Source: Piromyces finnis finn
Lineage: Eukaryota > Fungi > Neocallimastigomycota
Assembly: GCA_002104945.1 (NCBI GenBank)
Contig: MCFH01000081.1
Location: 124,001-188,000 of the forward strand
Direction: 5' to 3'
Length of the DNA: 64,000 nt
Program-made: the position numbers and the translations under genes
The notes under the pieces: generated by a model
The model's input: only the letters and a program-made list of their open reading frames with translations
Told to the model about the DNA's origin: nothing
Database searches by the model: none
In this document: piece by piece, positions 28,928 to 41,211 of the stretch
How the letters are laid out: every line of letters starts with the position of its first letter
How positions within the stretch are numbered: the first letter of the stretch is position 1

Positions 28928-31900
28928 ATGGAATCATTTGAAATTTCAGAAAGAGATCTTGAAGAGGAAAATGAATTATTCAATGATCCAGAATCAAGAA
29001 GAAAACGTAAAAGATTTACAAAAGAAGATGCAATTTATGGTATTTTTAAAGGAAGCGATAGTGAAGATGAAGTAGATTACAAATCAAATAATATTTATTC
29101 CAAAAATAAATATAATACAGGAATATCATTTGTCAAAGGACAACTTACAAATAATATTAGTAATAAAAGCCCATCAAATAGTAGTAGTGATGATGAAAAT
29201 TATAGTAGAAATAGTGATAGTGATAGTGATAATAATAGTAATAGTAGTAATTCAGATACAGAAAACGAAAATGATAATATGGAAGAAGATATAAATAATG
29301 AATCATCAATAAGTGGAAACCAAGGTTTAGGTTTTGGTAATTCTGCAGGTCAAGGCCTTGGTTTTGGTAATTCTGCAGGTCAAGGTCTTGGTTTTGGTAA
29401 TTCTGCAGGTCAAGGTCTTGGTTTTGGTAATTCTGCAGGTCAAGGTCTTGGTTTTTCAAATAATAATGATAATATAAATGTACCAACAGAATTTTCATCT
29501 TCCAAAAATAAAAAAGAAAAAAAGAAAAAAGAAAAATCAAATTATCCAACATCAACTTATAAATCTAAATTGAAAGTAGATAAGAATTTTGGTAAATTTG
29601 AAGAGCATACAAAAGGTATCGGTTTAAAACTTTTAATGAAGCAAGGTTATGTACCTGGTGAAGGTTTAGGTGTTAATAAAGATGGTATTACAGCACCAAT
29701 TGATGTTAAATTAAGACCAAAAGGTCAAGGTCTTTCATTTAATAATTTTGATGAAATGACAGAAAATGACAAAATACAACAAAAAGAATATAAAAAAAAA
29801 TATGCAACAGAATTGAAAGCAAAAGGTATTAAAATGGATATTGGTTTAGATGAAATCGATGAAAATTTAATGGAAGAAGAAGAAAATGAATTAGAAGCAA
29901 GACCAAAAACAGAAGCATGGAAAAAGGGAAAAAAGAATAGAAAAAAGATTACTTTATATAAAACAGTAGATGAAATTATACGAGAAGAATCTGAAATTGT
30001 AGAAAAAAATTTAAATGTCCCACAACCACTAAAAATTATAGACATGACTAAAAAAGAAGTCAGAATTTTATCTGATTCAAGTCAATTATCATCAGATAAT
30101 AAAATAAGTATGGACAAATACTTTGAAATTAATGAGCATTTGCCTGAATTACGACACAATATTAAATTAATTACTGATTTAACCCAAACTGATTTGATGT
30201 ATATATTAAAACAACTAAAAGTTGAAGAAACAAAAAGAAAAGGTTTAGAAGAAAAATACTCCAAAAAATCAGAAGAAATAAAATCAGAAAAAGTAAGAAT
30301 TGAAAAAGTTAAAAAAATAGATTCTATAATAAAAGAAGTTAAGCAAATATCTCAAGATATAACTAAAGAATTTAAACTTTTGGAAAAAAGAAAAGTACTT
30401 TCTCAATATCAAACTGATCAACCAATAAATAAAAATGATATGACTGAAGTTCAAGCTATTTTTACTAATATAAAAGACAATATATTCACAGCAAATGATG
30501 GGAACAAATTATTTTCATTATTAGATAAAAAATTTTTACAATTGGAATCGGATTATGACTTATTCTTAGAATTTAAACTTGATAGATTACTAGTAACCGT
30601 AATAGCACCAATATTCAAAAAAATGATAGCAAATTGGAACCCATTGGAAGATCGATATTTATGTCTAGAATATTTTATAAAATGGAAAAAGTTATTACTT
30701 GTAAAATCATCAGAAAATAATAATGAAAATGATTCATCTTATCTTTTTATTATGACATCTCAAAAAGGAATGACCTGTTTTGAATCTTTATTATATTCTT
30801 CATGGTTACCTAAAATTAGACAATTAGTAAAGTAAGTAATTATAATACAAATACATATTAATATTAATGTTATTTTCAGTATTATAATAGTATTAAATTT
30901 AATGAACAAAAAAAAGTTAAGTAAATAAAAATAAAATAAAATAATAGATAGATAGTAATATAATTTTTAATTTCCTTTATACCCAAATATTTTTATTATT
31001 TACTATAATAGTAATGATTGGGATCCAAGAAATCCAGAATCTTTAATTAAATTATTAGAAGAATGGGAAATTATTTTACCACAATGGCTTAAGAATAATA
31101 TAATAGAACAATTAATTATACCAAAACTTAAACTTGAAGTTAATAATTGGATGCCTCAAATTTACTTCAAAAATCCAGAATCAAATAATACTATTCCTCT
31201 TCATTCTTATTTATTACCTTGGTTAGTTGTTATTGATGAAGAAAGAATGCATTTACATTTATTTGAGACTGTAAAGAATAAATTAATTGTCTTTTTACAT
31301 AATAGACCCTTTTTGGAAAATGAAAAAGATGGTGGCAAATTTATATTACAAAATCTCTGTTCATGGCTAGAGGTATGTTTATTTTGCCATTATATTTATA
31401 TAAAATATTTATTAATAATTTTTCTTTTTCACTTTTAGGTATTAACAAAAGAAGACTTTATGGATATCTTAACTCAATGTGTACTTCCAGAATTAGTAAG
31501 ACATTTAAGATATAACTTCTTTATTAATCCAGCAAAACAAGATATTAAACCTTTAATGCAAGTTTTGGCATGGTCAGAATTTGTTCCAGAAATGTTAATG
31601 ACAAAGGTAGTTTCAACTGAATTTTTCCCAAAATGGTATAAAATTTTAGCAATGTGGCTTAAATCAGGTGAGGAAAATGGAAATGAACCAAACTACAATG
31701 AAATTGTTGCATGGTATAAATCATGGAAAGATACCTTAAAAGATATCAAAGGATTAGATGATTATTGGAAACTAGGTTTAGATATGATGAACGAAGGTGC
31801 AAATTGTAAAATACCGACGATTAATTCATTATCTGATGATCAACCATTACTATCGAATATTAAAGGTATGTCTAATTAAACAATATATATATACAAAGAA

Positions 31901-32293
31901 ATAGTTTTATCTTTTTTAAGAGATAAAAATAAAATGAAATACTAATAATATTTATTTTTATTACTATAAATATGAATAGTTTCTCAATTAATGGACAATA
32001 ATACCCAAGAAAAACAAAAAACTAAGTCTAAACCACAATTATCATTAAAGGAATATTTAGAAAAGGAGCTCGAAAAAGAGGACTGTCTATTAGAACCTTC
32101 TCGTATAATACATGAAAGTGGAAAAACACTTTATAATATTATTAAAGTCTATTATGAACCTGTTTCTAAAAAGAAAACTATATATAATTTATATATTGAT
32201 GATGGTGTTTTATTTGTTAGATTAGTTAAATCAGAATCAAATAATTATATACCTATTGGTATAAATGAATTAATAGAAAAGATTAAAAAATGA
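28928..32293 (+). CDS. TFIP11: Tuftelin-interacting protein 11 / Ntr1-Spp382 spliceosome disassembly factor (TIP_N, G-patch, GCFC), 4 exons
   Basis: FTKEDAIYGIF (TIP_N); G-patch KGIGLKLLMKQGYVPGEGLGVNKDGITAPIDVKLRPKGQGL; ELRHNIKL; SSWLPKIRQL; FFPKWYKILAMWL...PNYNEIVAWYKSWK. Confidence 0.93.
29321..29457 (+). repeat. 30-bp coding tandem repeat (GQGLGFGNSA, about 4.6 copies) in TFIP11
   Basis: Near-identical units ggtcaaggtcttggttttggtaattctgca. Confidence 0.95.
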
Positions 32294-32537
32294 AAGTACA
32301 TATTTATTGATTAAATACTGAAAATAAAAAAAAAAAAAAATATCATTGTAAAAACATTAAATTTATATATTTATAAAATAGCAAGTAGTAATAATAATAA
32401 GTTATTTAATAAAAAAAATAAAAAAAAATAGCATTCAATATTATATTTTTATAAGCACACTTTTTTTTTTTTTTTTTTTTTCAATATCCTTTTATTAAAC
32501 TTTTATTAAATCATTACCAAATTTATTTAAATAAATA

Positions 32538-32576
<39 letters not shown>

Positions 32577-32672
32577 GCTATTGTAATGAATTCTATTAAA
32601 AAAATATGAAGGAAATTTCTACTAGAATACTATTTAGTTGAGTTGAATTAAAATCAAATATTACTACTTTTT

Positions 32673-32673
<1 letters not shown>

Positions 32674-32731
<58 letters not shown>
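32674..32731. repeat. Spacerless AT palindrome: (TAA)9 abutting (TTA)n
   Basis: An AAT run switches to an ATT run at 32702/32703, giving perfect inverted arms of about 29 bp. Confidence 0.9.
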
Positions 32732-32755
<24 letters not shown>

Positions 32756-33159
32756 ATTATTTATGTGTAACATTTTTTTTTAAATTATTAACTTTTTAAT
32801 ATACTAAAAATTGACCATCTCAATTAAGATCTATATATTTATTAATTTATTTTTCATATATAAAAAATAAATATATAACTTTTTATTTATACAAATAGAT
32901 ATATTTGTTTTATTTTTTAATATCTTTTTATTATTATGATGATGATAATGAATAAATTAAATACTTTAAATTATATATATACTACTCTAATCTAATAAAT
33001 TAAATTAATTTATATTTTATAATTAATATTTATGATAATTATAATTAAATAATTATAATTCCTTTTTTGATTTTATATATTAATTTTAATCATTAAAAAA
33101 TTATAATTAATGATATCATTATAATTATTTGTTTCTTTGTATTATAGTTTTGATAGCTA

Positions 33160-35013
33160 TTAATTCGAAGTCCTTGTTTGTAAAAATCTTGGATAATTAG
33201 TCCATCGTAAAAGTTCATATACTTCTTTAAGAACTGGCTTGAATAAAATTATATTAACTTGATCATTTTCATTTATCTTTTGTTCAACTGATTTTACCAA
33301 GTCACTAGTTAAATTTAATTGGTATTCTGAGCCTTCCGGTACAAACTTTTCAAAAATATTTATTAAATGATTTTTAATTTCTTGAGACTCATTTATAATG
33401 GCAGTTTCATATAATCTTTCATAGTATGGGATTTCACTCATATCCATACTGTCATTGCTTTGGGTATTTAATAAACTATTTTGATCATCATAATTTGGAT
33501 TTTCAGCTAATTTCTTTAAATTCCATGATGCATTATTATTACTACTACTTGATATAATCTTGTTTTGGCATTTTAATAATATATTAATCATAGCTTCATA
33601 GAATAATAAATTTTCAATGCAAACTTCACCTACTAAGAATCTCTTAAATTCTTTATAAATAGAATTTTTTGGGTTTAATACTTGTTCAAATGTTTTTATT
33701 TCCATTTCATTAACTTCATCATTAATTTTAACTTTAGCAATACTATGTCTTCTATATTTTTCATGTAATAATTCAACCTTATTTTGATAAATATGTACAG
33801 CAAATACTGGTCTTACAACAATAATAGTATGATATAAGATAAAGAATAAAACAAACCATATAGAAACAGGAACACCTTTAAATCTTATAGATAAAAATCT
33901 AAAAACTATATATCCTAAACTACATAATAATGAAATTATGATAATACTGTAAATTTCATTTTGAATACCAATTGTTTCTTTATAATTTCTAAGTTTGTAT
34001 TTTTTATACAGAGCATAAAACATACTAATAAATATTGTTATTAAAATAGCAGTATGGCATTTTTCACTAACGTATTTGTTTTTATATAATACACCATTTT
34101 TAAATGTATGCATTATTAAAACAATTACAGTGATGACACCAATTAATCCAATGACAGCTATATTTGACCATTTTTCAAAAAATTTAAATTGAATAACATT
34201 TATGTGGAGCTTATCATTTTCACTAAAAATGATAAAATATAATATATTAACATATATAAATTATTACTTTCAAAAATTTTAAACTATATACTTCACTTAC
34301 ATTAATACACTTTCACCTCGAACTATTTTTGTATTATGAATAATAAATAATATTAAATAAAGATTAGTTATATTCTTTAAAAAGTATTTTTTATTTTTAT
34401 ATAATATAATTTATCAATATACTTGAATTATTTAATCTTGCATTTTGAATTTTGAATCTAAATTCCATTTTCTTAACTCTAATAATACTTGTAAACATCC
34501 ATAATGGGATTGCATATAAACTAGTATGTTTTTATATTATAGAATAGAATAAGTTTTGTTAATATTTTCTATAATGCATATATTCATTTTTTTTCTCTTT
34601 ATCTATAGTATTTACCATATTATAATATATATTATACTTGGAATTTTAAATTTTTTATGTTCACTTGGAGTATCTGAATCCTCAGTAAATGCAGCTTCAA
34701 AAAGTAAAAGTAATGTTAATAATATTACAGCTGTAGTATTATAAATATATATATTAATATCACGAATCATCATCAATTTTGATTTTTTACATAGAATAAA
34801 TAATATTAATGAAGTGATAATATATAAGAGTGATACTAATAATAGTGGTATATATATAATGAAATAATAATCAGTATATTTTTCAACTTGTTCATCTAAT
34901 ATTATTGAAGTTTGATTATTGAAAATATCTTGATTAGAATATGATATATCCTGTCCTTCATTAAAATTGTCTTGGTTAGAATAGGATATATCTTGACCTT
35001 TGAATGGTGCCAT
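33160..35013 (-). CDS. Multi-pass (probably 7TM) receptor fused to C-terminal RGS domain
   Basis: Several hydrophobic helices in exons 35013-33780. RGS signature FEQVL...YKEFKRFLVGEVCIENLLFYEA...IFEKFVPEGSEYQLNL...LFKPVLKEVYELLRWTNYPRF. Confidence 0.85.
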
Positions 35014-35989
35014 TATAATTATTTTTTATTACTTTATATGTTATTAAAAGATACTTTTTCTTTTTAACTTTAATTATTCATTATTTATGTCAAATAAATA
35101 ATGGATATTGAAATATTATTATTATTATTATTTTTATTATTATTATTGAATAATATTTTACTAAATTATTATTAATAAAATATGTATATGTATATATTTA
35201 TATAATAGAATATTATTGTGACTCTTCTTTATATAAATATATTCTTTATTATGACTTTTTTTTTATTATATTCACGAAATAATAAATAAATAATAAAGAA
35301 AAGCTTTGAATAATAAACAATATCAAATAAAATAAAAAGAAAAAAAAGTAAAAATTCTTTAAAAAAAAAAGGAATTTCTTGTTATTTAAATGATTTCCTT
35401 TTTTTTTTAACTATCTTTATTTCAAATTTTCAACCTATGATTCATATAAATTTAATATAAAATGATTTATTTATTTTATTAAAAAAATATTAATATTATA
35501 TATTACACGTTTTTTAAATAACTTTAAGTAATATAGAAATTAATATTTTTGTGTTTACTTGTTATTTTATAATTATATATTATTATTATTGATTTATTTA
35601 CCTTTTAATTAAACTTATCATTAGGTAACACAAAATTAAAGTTTATTAAAAATATACCAATAATTGATTAAATACTAAAAATATAAAAAATATAAAGTGA
35701 GTTTATTTAATTTATAAATAAATTAATAAAAAATTCCTTTTATTATTATTATGATATAAAATAGTTAATTAAAAATTTTAGATTAAAAAAATAATATTTT
35801 TATAGTTCATTTTTTCATAACTTCTACTACTACTACTAGTAGTATGATAAATAAAAGAAAAAATAATAAAATAGACTAAATATTATAATTTTACAAAAAC
35901 AATAATTAAAAGAATGTCCGATAGTTATTTTATATAATAGTTTAAAAAATGGGAAAACCATTTATATATGATACATAAGGTATTTGATA

Positions 35990-37816
35990 TTATTTAAAAA
36001 AAGATGAAGCAAGATTTAATAATTCATTTCTTTTTTCATCATATTCTTCTTTACTTGCATCATGATGATTGGAAATCCATTCAATTGTGGTAGTAATAAT
36101 ATTTCTTAATTTTTCTTCATCCTCTATTTTAATTTTGTATCTATCCTTTTCATTATTAAGACGTTTAAGAAGTTGACGAGCATAATCATCAAGTTTATTC
36201 ATAGATTGAATTCTTTCTCTGGCTTTCCTATCTTCTTCTCGATACATTTCAGCTTCACTAATTAAACGTTCAATCTCTTCTTGAGATAATTCATTATTTA
36301 ATATGGTAATCTCTCTAGAAAGACCAGTACCTAACTCAACAGCAGACACGTGAATAATACCATTGATATCTACTTTATAAGTTAATTCAACTTTTGTTTC
36401 ACTACGTGGAGCTGATGTAATACCTTCTAATACAACTTCACCTAGGACAGTATTATCTTTTACTAATTCACGTTCACCTTGTACAACTCTAAATCTTATG
36501 ACTGTTTGTCCATCATGACATGTAATACGAATATCTTTACCTTCTGCTGGAATATGTGTATTACGTTTAATGAGAGTATCTACTGTTGTTCCTCTATTAT
36601 CAACACCTAATGAAAGAGAAATAACATCGTATAAATTTAAATTTTTAATAGATTCTGATTGATCACCTAAAATATTTGCTGCTTGAATAGCTGCACCACA
36701 TGCAACAGCTTCATCCGGATTAACAGTTTTTCTTAATTCTTTTCCATCAAAATAGGAGGAAACTAATTTTTGAATTTTAGGAATTCTGGTGGATCCACCA
36801 ACTAATACAATTTCATTAATATCCGATTTGTCTAAATCGGCATCAATAAGAACTCGTTCAATGGGTTCAAGTATCTTTTCAAATAAATCTGAATTTAATT
36901 CTTCAAATTGAGCACGTGTTATACTACTGTAAAAATCTATACCATCAAATAAATATTCAATTTCAATAGAAGCATAAAAAGAAGATGATAGAATACATTT
37001 AGCACGTTCACATGCTCTTCTTAATCTATTTAATGATCTTAAATTAGTAGAAATATCTTTGTCATACTTTCTTTTAAATTCTTCAACAAAATAGTCTAAA
37101 AGTTGATTTGTAAAATCTTCGCCAGCTAAGTGTGCATTACCTGCTGTAGCTTTAACTGTAAATGTACCATTATTAATAGATAAAAGAGAAACATCTGTTG
37201 TACCTCCACCAATGTCGACAATTAAAACATTTTCTTCACCCTTTATTGTTTTGTTAAGACCATAGGCAAGAGCAGCAGCAGTTGGTTCATTTATAATTTG
37301 TAAAACATTTAAACCAGCAATTCTACCGGCATCTTTTGTAGCTCGACGTTGAGCATCATTAAAATAAGCAGGAACGGTGATAACAACATCTTTTACAACA
37401 TTTTCACTTCCTAAGTAATCTTGAGCATAATCTTTTAATTTAGAAAGAATCATGGCAGATATTTCTTCTGGCATAAAATCCTTGATTTCATTTTTATATT
37501 CAACCTGAACATATGGTTTTCCTTGCTTATTAACAACTTTGAAAGGCCAGTACCTTAAATCAGATTGAACTTCCATATCATTAAAATTACGACCTATTAA
37601 TCGTTTAACATCAGAGACTACGTTTTTAAAATCAATTCCATTTTTCTGTCGAGCTTCATCACCAACTAATCTTTCAGTAGAAGTAAATACAACCAAAGAA
37701 GGTGTTGTACGATTGCCTTGTTCATTAGCAATAACTTCTACATGACCATTTCTCCAAACAGCAATACATGAATAAGTAGTACCTAAGTCAATACCAATGA
37801 TTATAAATTCCCCCAT
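35990..37816 (-). CDS. Atypical Hsp70 paralog 1 (intronless, 608 aa, no EEVD)
   Basis: GIDLGTTYS, TVPAYFND, INEPTAA, VLVGGSTRIP, NPDEAVACGA; complete NBD + SBD + lid. Confidence 0.97.
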   Translation of the reverse strand: MGEFIIIGIDLGTTYSCIAVWRNGHVEVIANEQGNRTTPSLVVFTSTERLVGDEARQKNGIDFKNVVSDVKRLIGRNFNDMEVQSDLRYWPFKVVNKQGKPYVQVEYKNEIKDFMPEEISAMILSKLKDYAQDYLGSENVVKDVVITVPAYFNDAQRRATKDAGRIAGLNVLQIINEPTAAALAYGLNKTIKGEENVLIVDIGGGTTDVSLLSINNGTFTVKATAGNAHLAGEDFTNQLLDYFVEEFKRKYDKDISTNLRSLNRLRRACERAKCILSSSFYASIEIEYLFDGIDFYSSITRAQFEELNSDLFEKILEPIERVLIDADLDKSDINEIVLVGGSTRIPKIQKLVSSYFDGKELRKTVNPDEAVACGAAIQAANILGDQSESIKNLNLYDVISLSLGVDNRGTTVDTLIKRNTHIPAEGKDIRITCHDGQTVIRFRVVQGERELVKDNTVLGEVVLEGITSAPRSETKVELTYKVDINGIIHVSAVELGTGLSREITILNNELSQEEIERLISEAEMYREEDRKARERIQSMNKLDDYARQLLKRLNNEKDRYKIKIEDEEKLRNIITTTIEWISNHHDASKEEYDEKRNELLNLASSFFK

Positions 37817-38199
37817 TTTTAATTAATATATTAATAAAAATGAAAAATAAAAAAAAATTTAAAGAAAAATTTTCTTTTTATATTAATTTATAAAATATAA
37901 ATATGTCTAATTATTTAATTAATATAATTTTATTAATAAAATGATCAACTATAATATATTAAATATTTTTTATAATAATAAAATGGACTTTAAAAAATGG
38001 AAATGAAAATGAAAATGATAAGCTTCTTTAATATGAAAAATAAAGAATTATATTTTAGTATAATTCCTGTATCCAGTATTATATTAGAAAATCTTATAAA
38101 AAAATAATTATATTTATTAATATTTATTAATATTTTTTTGTTATTATATATATATAAAATAATAAAAAATAAAAAGTTCTTTATTTTTATATGATTATG

Positions 38200-38201
<2 letters not shown>

Positions 38202-38275
<74 letters not shown>
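38202..38275. repeat. (ATT)n microsatellite between Hsp70 paralogs 1 and 2
   Basis: Direct reading. Confidence 0.9.
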
Positions 38276-38279
<4 letters not shown>

Positions 38280-38405
38280 AAATGGAAAAAAGAAAAATAC
38301 TAAACATGAATTTTAATAATTTTATATTAGATAGTTATATTGATAATGATTAAATAGAGAAAAATATTAACAGATAATGTTTTTTGTAAGATATTTAAAA
38401 AAATA

Positions 38406-40223
38406 TTAAATATTAAAGATAAGAGAGGCAAATCTTCGTAATTTATTTTCTCTATTTATACATTCTTCTTTACTAGCATCATAATTATTTTTAACCCATT
38501 CAATTGTATTATTAATTTCTCTAGCAAGTTTTTCTTCATCGTCTTTACTAATTTTATATTTGTCTTTTTTATTATTGAGACGCTTTCGTATATTGTATGC
38601 ACATTTTTCAAGACTATTCAAAGATTCAATTCTTTCTTTTGCTTTTCTGTCTTCTTCTTCATACATTTTGGCTTCCTTTATTAATCTTTCAACTTCATCT
38701 TGATATAATCTTCCTTTATCATTCGAAATAGTAATAGCTTTAAAAGTAGTTGTACCTTTTTCAACAGCTGAAACATTCAAAATACCATTACTATCAATAT
38801 CAAAAGTAACATCTATTTTTACTTCACCACACGGAGCTGGTGTAATACCTTCTAATATAAATCTATCCAATAGAAAATTATCTTTTGCTAAAGAACGCTC
38901 ACCTTGTAATACTCGAACATCTACAGTAGTTTGATTATCTTCAGCTGTAATATATGTATGAGTTTTCCTTATTGGAATAAGTGTATTATTTTTAATGACA
39001 ATGTTCATTAATCCTCCTTTAATTTCTATGCCAAGAGACAATGGAGTAACATCTTTGAATTTTAATTTTTTTATTGATTCTGATTGGTCACCAGAAAGAC
39101 TAGCTGCATGAATAGCGGCACCACAAGCTACCGCTTCATCTGGATTAATATTTCTTCTTATTTTTCTCTCATGAAAATAGGATGAAACCATTTCTTCAAC
39201 CATTGGTATACGAGAAGATCCACCAACTAATATAACTTCATTAATATCAGATTTGGTTAAATGAGCTTCTTCAATTGCCTTTTCTATTAGAGTAATGGCC
39301 TCTTCAAGTAAATCCGAAATTAATTCTTCAAATTGAACACGAGTAATACCAGTGAAGAAATCTATACCATCAAATAAACATTCAATTTCAATGGAAGCAT
39401 AATCAGAAAAAGATAGATTACATTTAGCACGTTCACATACTATTCTTAATCTATTTAATGATCTTGAATTAGTAGAAAGATCTCTATCATATTTATTTTT
39501 AAATTCTTTAACAAAATAGTCTACAAGACGATTTGTAAAATCTTCACCACCTAAGTGTGCATTACCTGCTGTAGCTTTAACTGTAAATGTATTATTATTA
39601 ATGTTTAAAATAGAGATATCAAATGTACCACCCCCGAGATCGAAAATTAGAATATTTTCTTCACCCTTTATGGTTTTATTAAGACCGTAGGCAAGAGCAG
39701 CAGCTGTTGGTTCATTTATAATTTGTAAAACGTTTAAGCCAGCAATTTTTCCAGCATCTCTAGTTGCTCGACGTTGAGCATCATTAAAATAAGCAGGAAC
39801 AGTAATGACAGCATCTTTTACTGGACAACCTATATAATCTTGAGCATTATTTTTTAATTTTGAAAGAATCATGGCAGATATTTCTTCTGGCATAAAATCC
39901 TTGATTTCATTTTTATATTCAACACGAATATAAGGTTTTCCACTCTTCTCAACAACTTTGAAAGGCCAATGTTTTAAATCTGATTGAATATTTGAAAATT
40001 CTCTTCCGATTATTCGCTTTACATCAAAAAGAGAATTTTGTGGGTATCTTTCAGATTTATATTTAGCAGGATCACCAACTAAAATTTCATTATCCTTAAT
40101 AAAAACATAAGAAGGTGTAGTACGTTTTCCAAGTTCATCTGTAATAATATCTACATGACCCTTATTCCATATCCCTATACATGAGTATGTAGTTCCTAAA
40201 TCAATACCAATTGCATTATTCAT
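38406..40223 (-). CDS. Atypical Hsp70 paralog 2 (intronless, 605 aa, no EEVD)
   Basis: Same Hsp70 signatures, including IFDLGGGTFDIS; single ORF. Confidence 0.97.
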   Translation of the reverse strand: MNNAIGIDLGTTYSCIGIWNKGHVDIITDELGKRTTPSYVFIKDNEILVGDPAKYKSERYPQNSLFDVKRIIGREFSNIQSDLKHWPFKVVEKSGKPYIRVEYKNEIKDFMPEEISAMILSKLKNNAQDYIGCPVKDAVITVPAYFNDAQRRATRDAGKIAGLNVLQIINEPTAAALAYGLNKTIKGEENILIFDLGGGTFDISILNINNNTFTVKATAGNAHLGGEDFTNRLVDYFVKEFKNKYDRDLSTNSRSLNRLRIVCERAKCNLSFSDYASIEIECLFDGIDFFTGITRVQFEELISDLLEEAITLIEKAIEEAHLTKSDINEVILVGGSSRIPMVEEMVSSYFHERKIRRNINPDEAVACGAAIHAASLSGDQSESIKKLKFKDVTPLSLGIEIKGGLMNIVIKNNTLIPIRKTHTYITAEDNQTTVDVRVLQGERSLAKDNFLLDRFILEGITPAPCGEVKIDVTFDIDSNGILNVSAVEKGTTTFKAITISNDKGRLYQDEVERLIKEAKMYEEEDRKAKERIESLNSLEKCAYNIRKRLNNKKDKYKISKDDEEKLAREINNTIEWVKNNYDASKEECINRENKLRRFASLIFNI

Positions 40224-41211
40224 TTCAGTTATTTTATAATTAAATTATTTGCTTTAATACTAAGTTAATGTTTCAAAGAGATATTTATATACTAATGAAT
40301 AATTAATGAATTAATTGAGGGTAATAAAAGAATTTTTTGATTATTTATATGTTTTTTTTTTTTTTATCATCATTTTATTATTATTATTATTAATTTTTAT
40401 TTTTAATATTTGATGTCTATATTCCTATATATTTTATTATTTTAAAAAATGCTTTCATGACTATTAAAAAAAAATAATAATATATAAAAACTTTTTTTCG
40501 ATATTTAGACATATTTTTTTTTTTTTTTTGTATATTAAATTTAAAATTCTATAAAATAAAGTTATAAAAAAAAATTACATTTTATCAAAAAATATAATAA
40601 ACTTTAAAGATCAATAAAGTTTGTATATATTATTTTAATTAAGTAATATCCAATTAAAATAAAAAATCAGGCAGATTTCGGACTTGTCCAAGCTTTTATT
40701 TTTAATATTTTTCCCAGTTAAAATCAGGTCAAATTTGATAATCAAAAATATTATATTATAAAAAATGTTAGATTATTTATTTCATATGGAATAATAAAAA
40801 GTTTTATCTATAAAAAAGAAGAAAATAAAAAAAAAAACTATCTTTTTATTAATTGGTTTATAATTATAATATTATAATATGGATTAAAAAAATAAAATAT
40901 GAAATATTAAGTTAAATATGAAATAAATAATAATAAAGAAAAAAGGGTATTTTACACAATAACTTTTTCTAATAATTAGTATAAATGTATGATTTCCATA
41001 TTAATTTTTATAATAATTATTTTCTTTTAAACTTTTATTAAAAAAAAATAATTTTTTATTATATTTTATTAATTTAAGTAAAAAAAAAGGTATATACAAC
41101 TTTAAAGTAACTCTTTTTTTTATAGTAGAAATTTTTTTTACACACATTATTTAATTTTTATGAAAAACTTTTTTTTTTTAATAATTTTTTATTTATAATC
41201 TTGGCATGATA

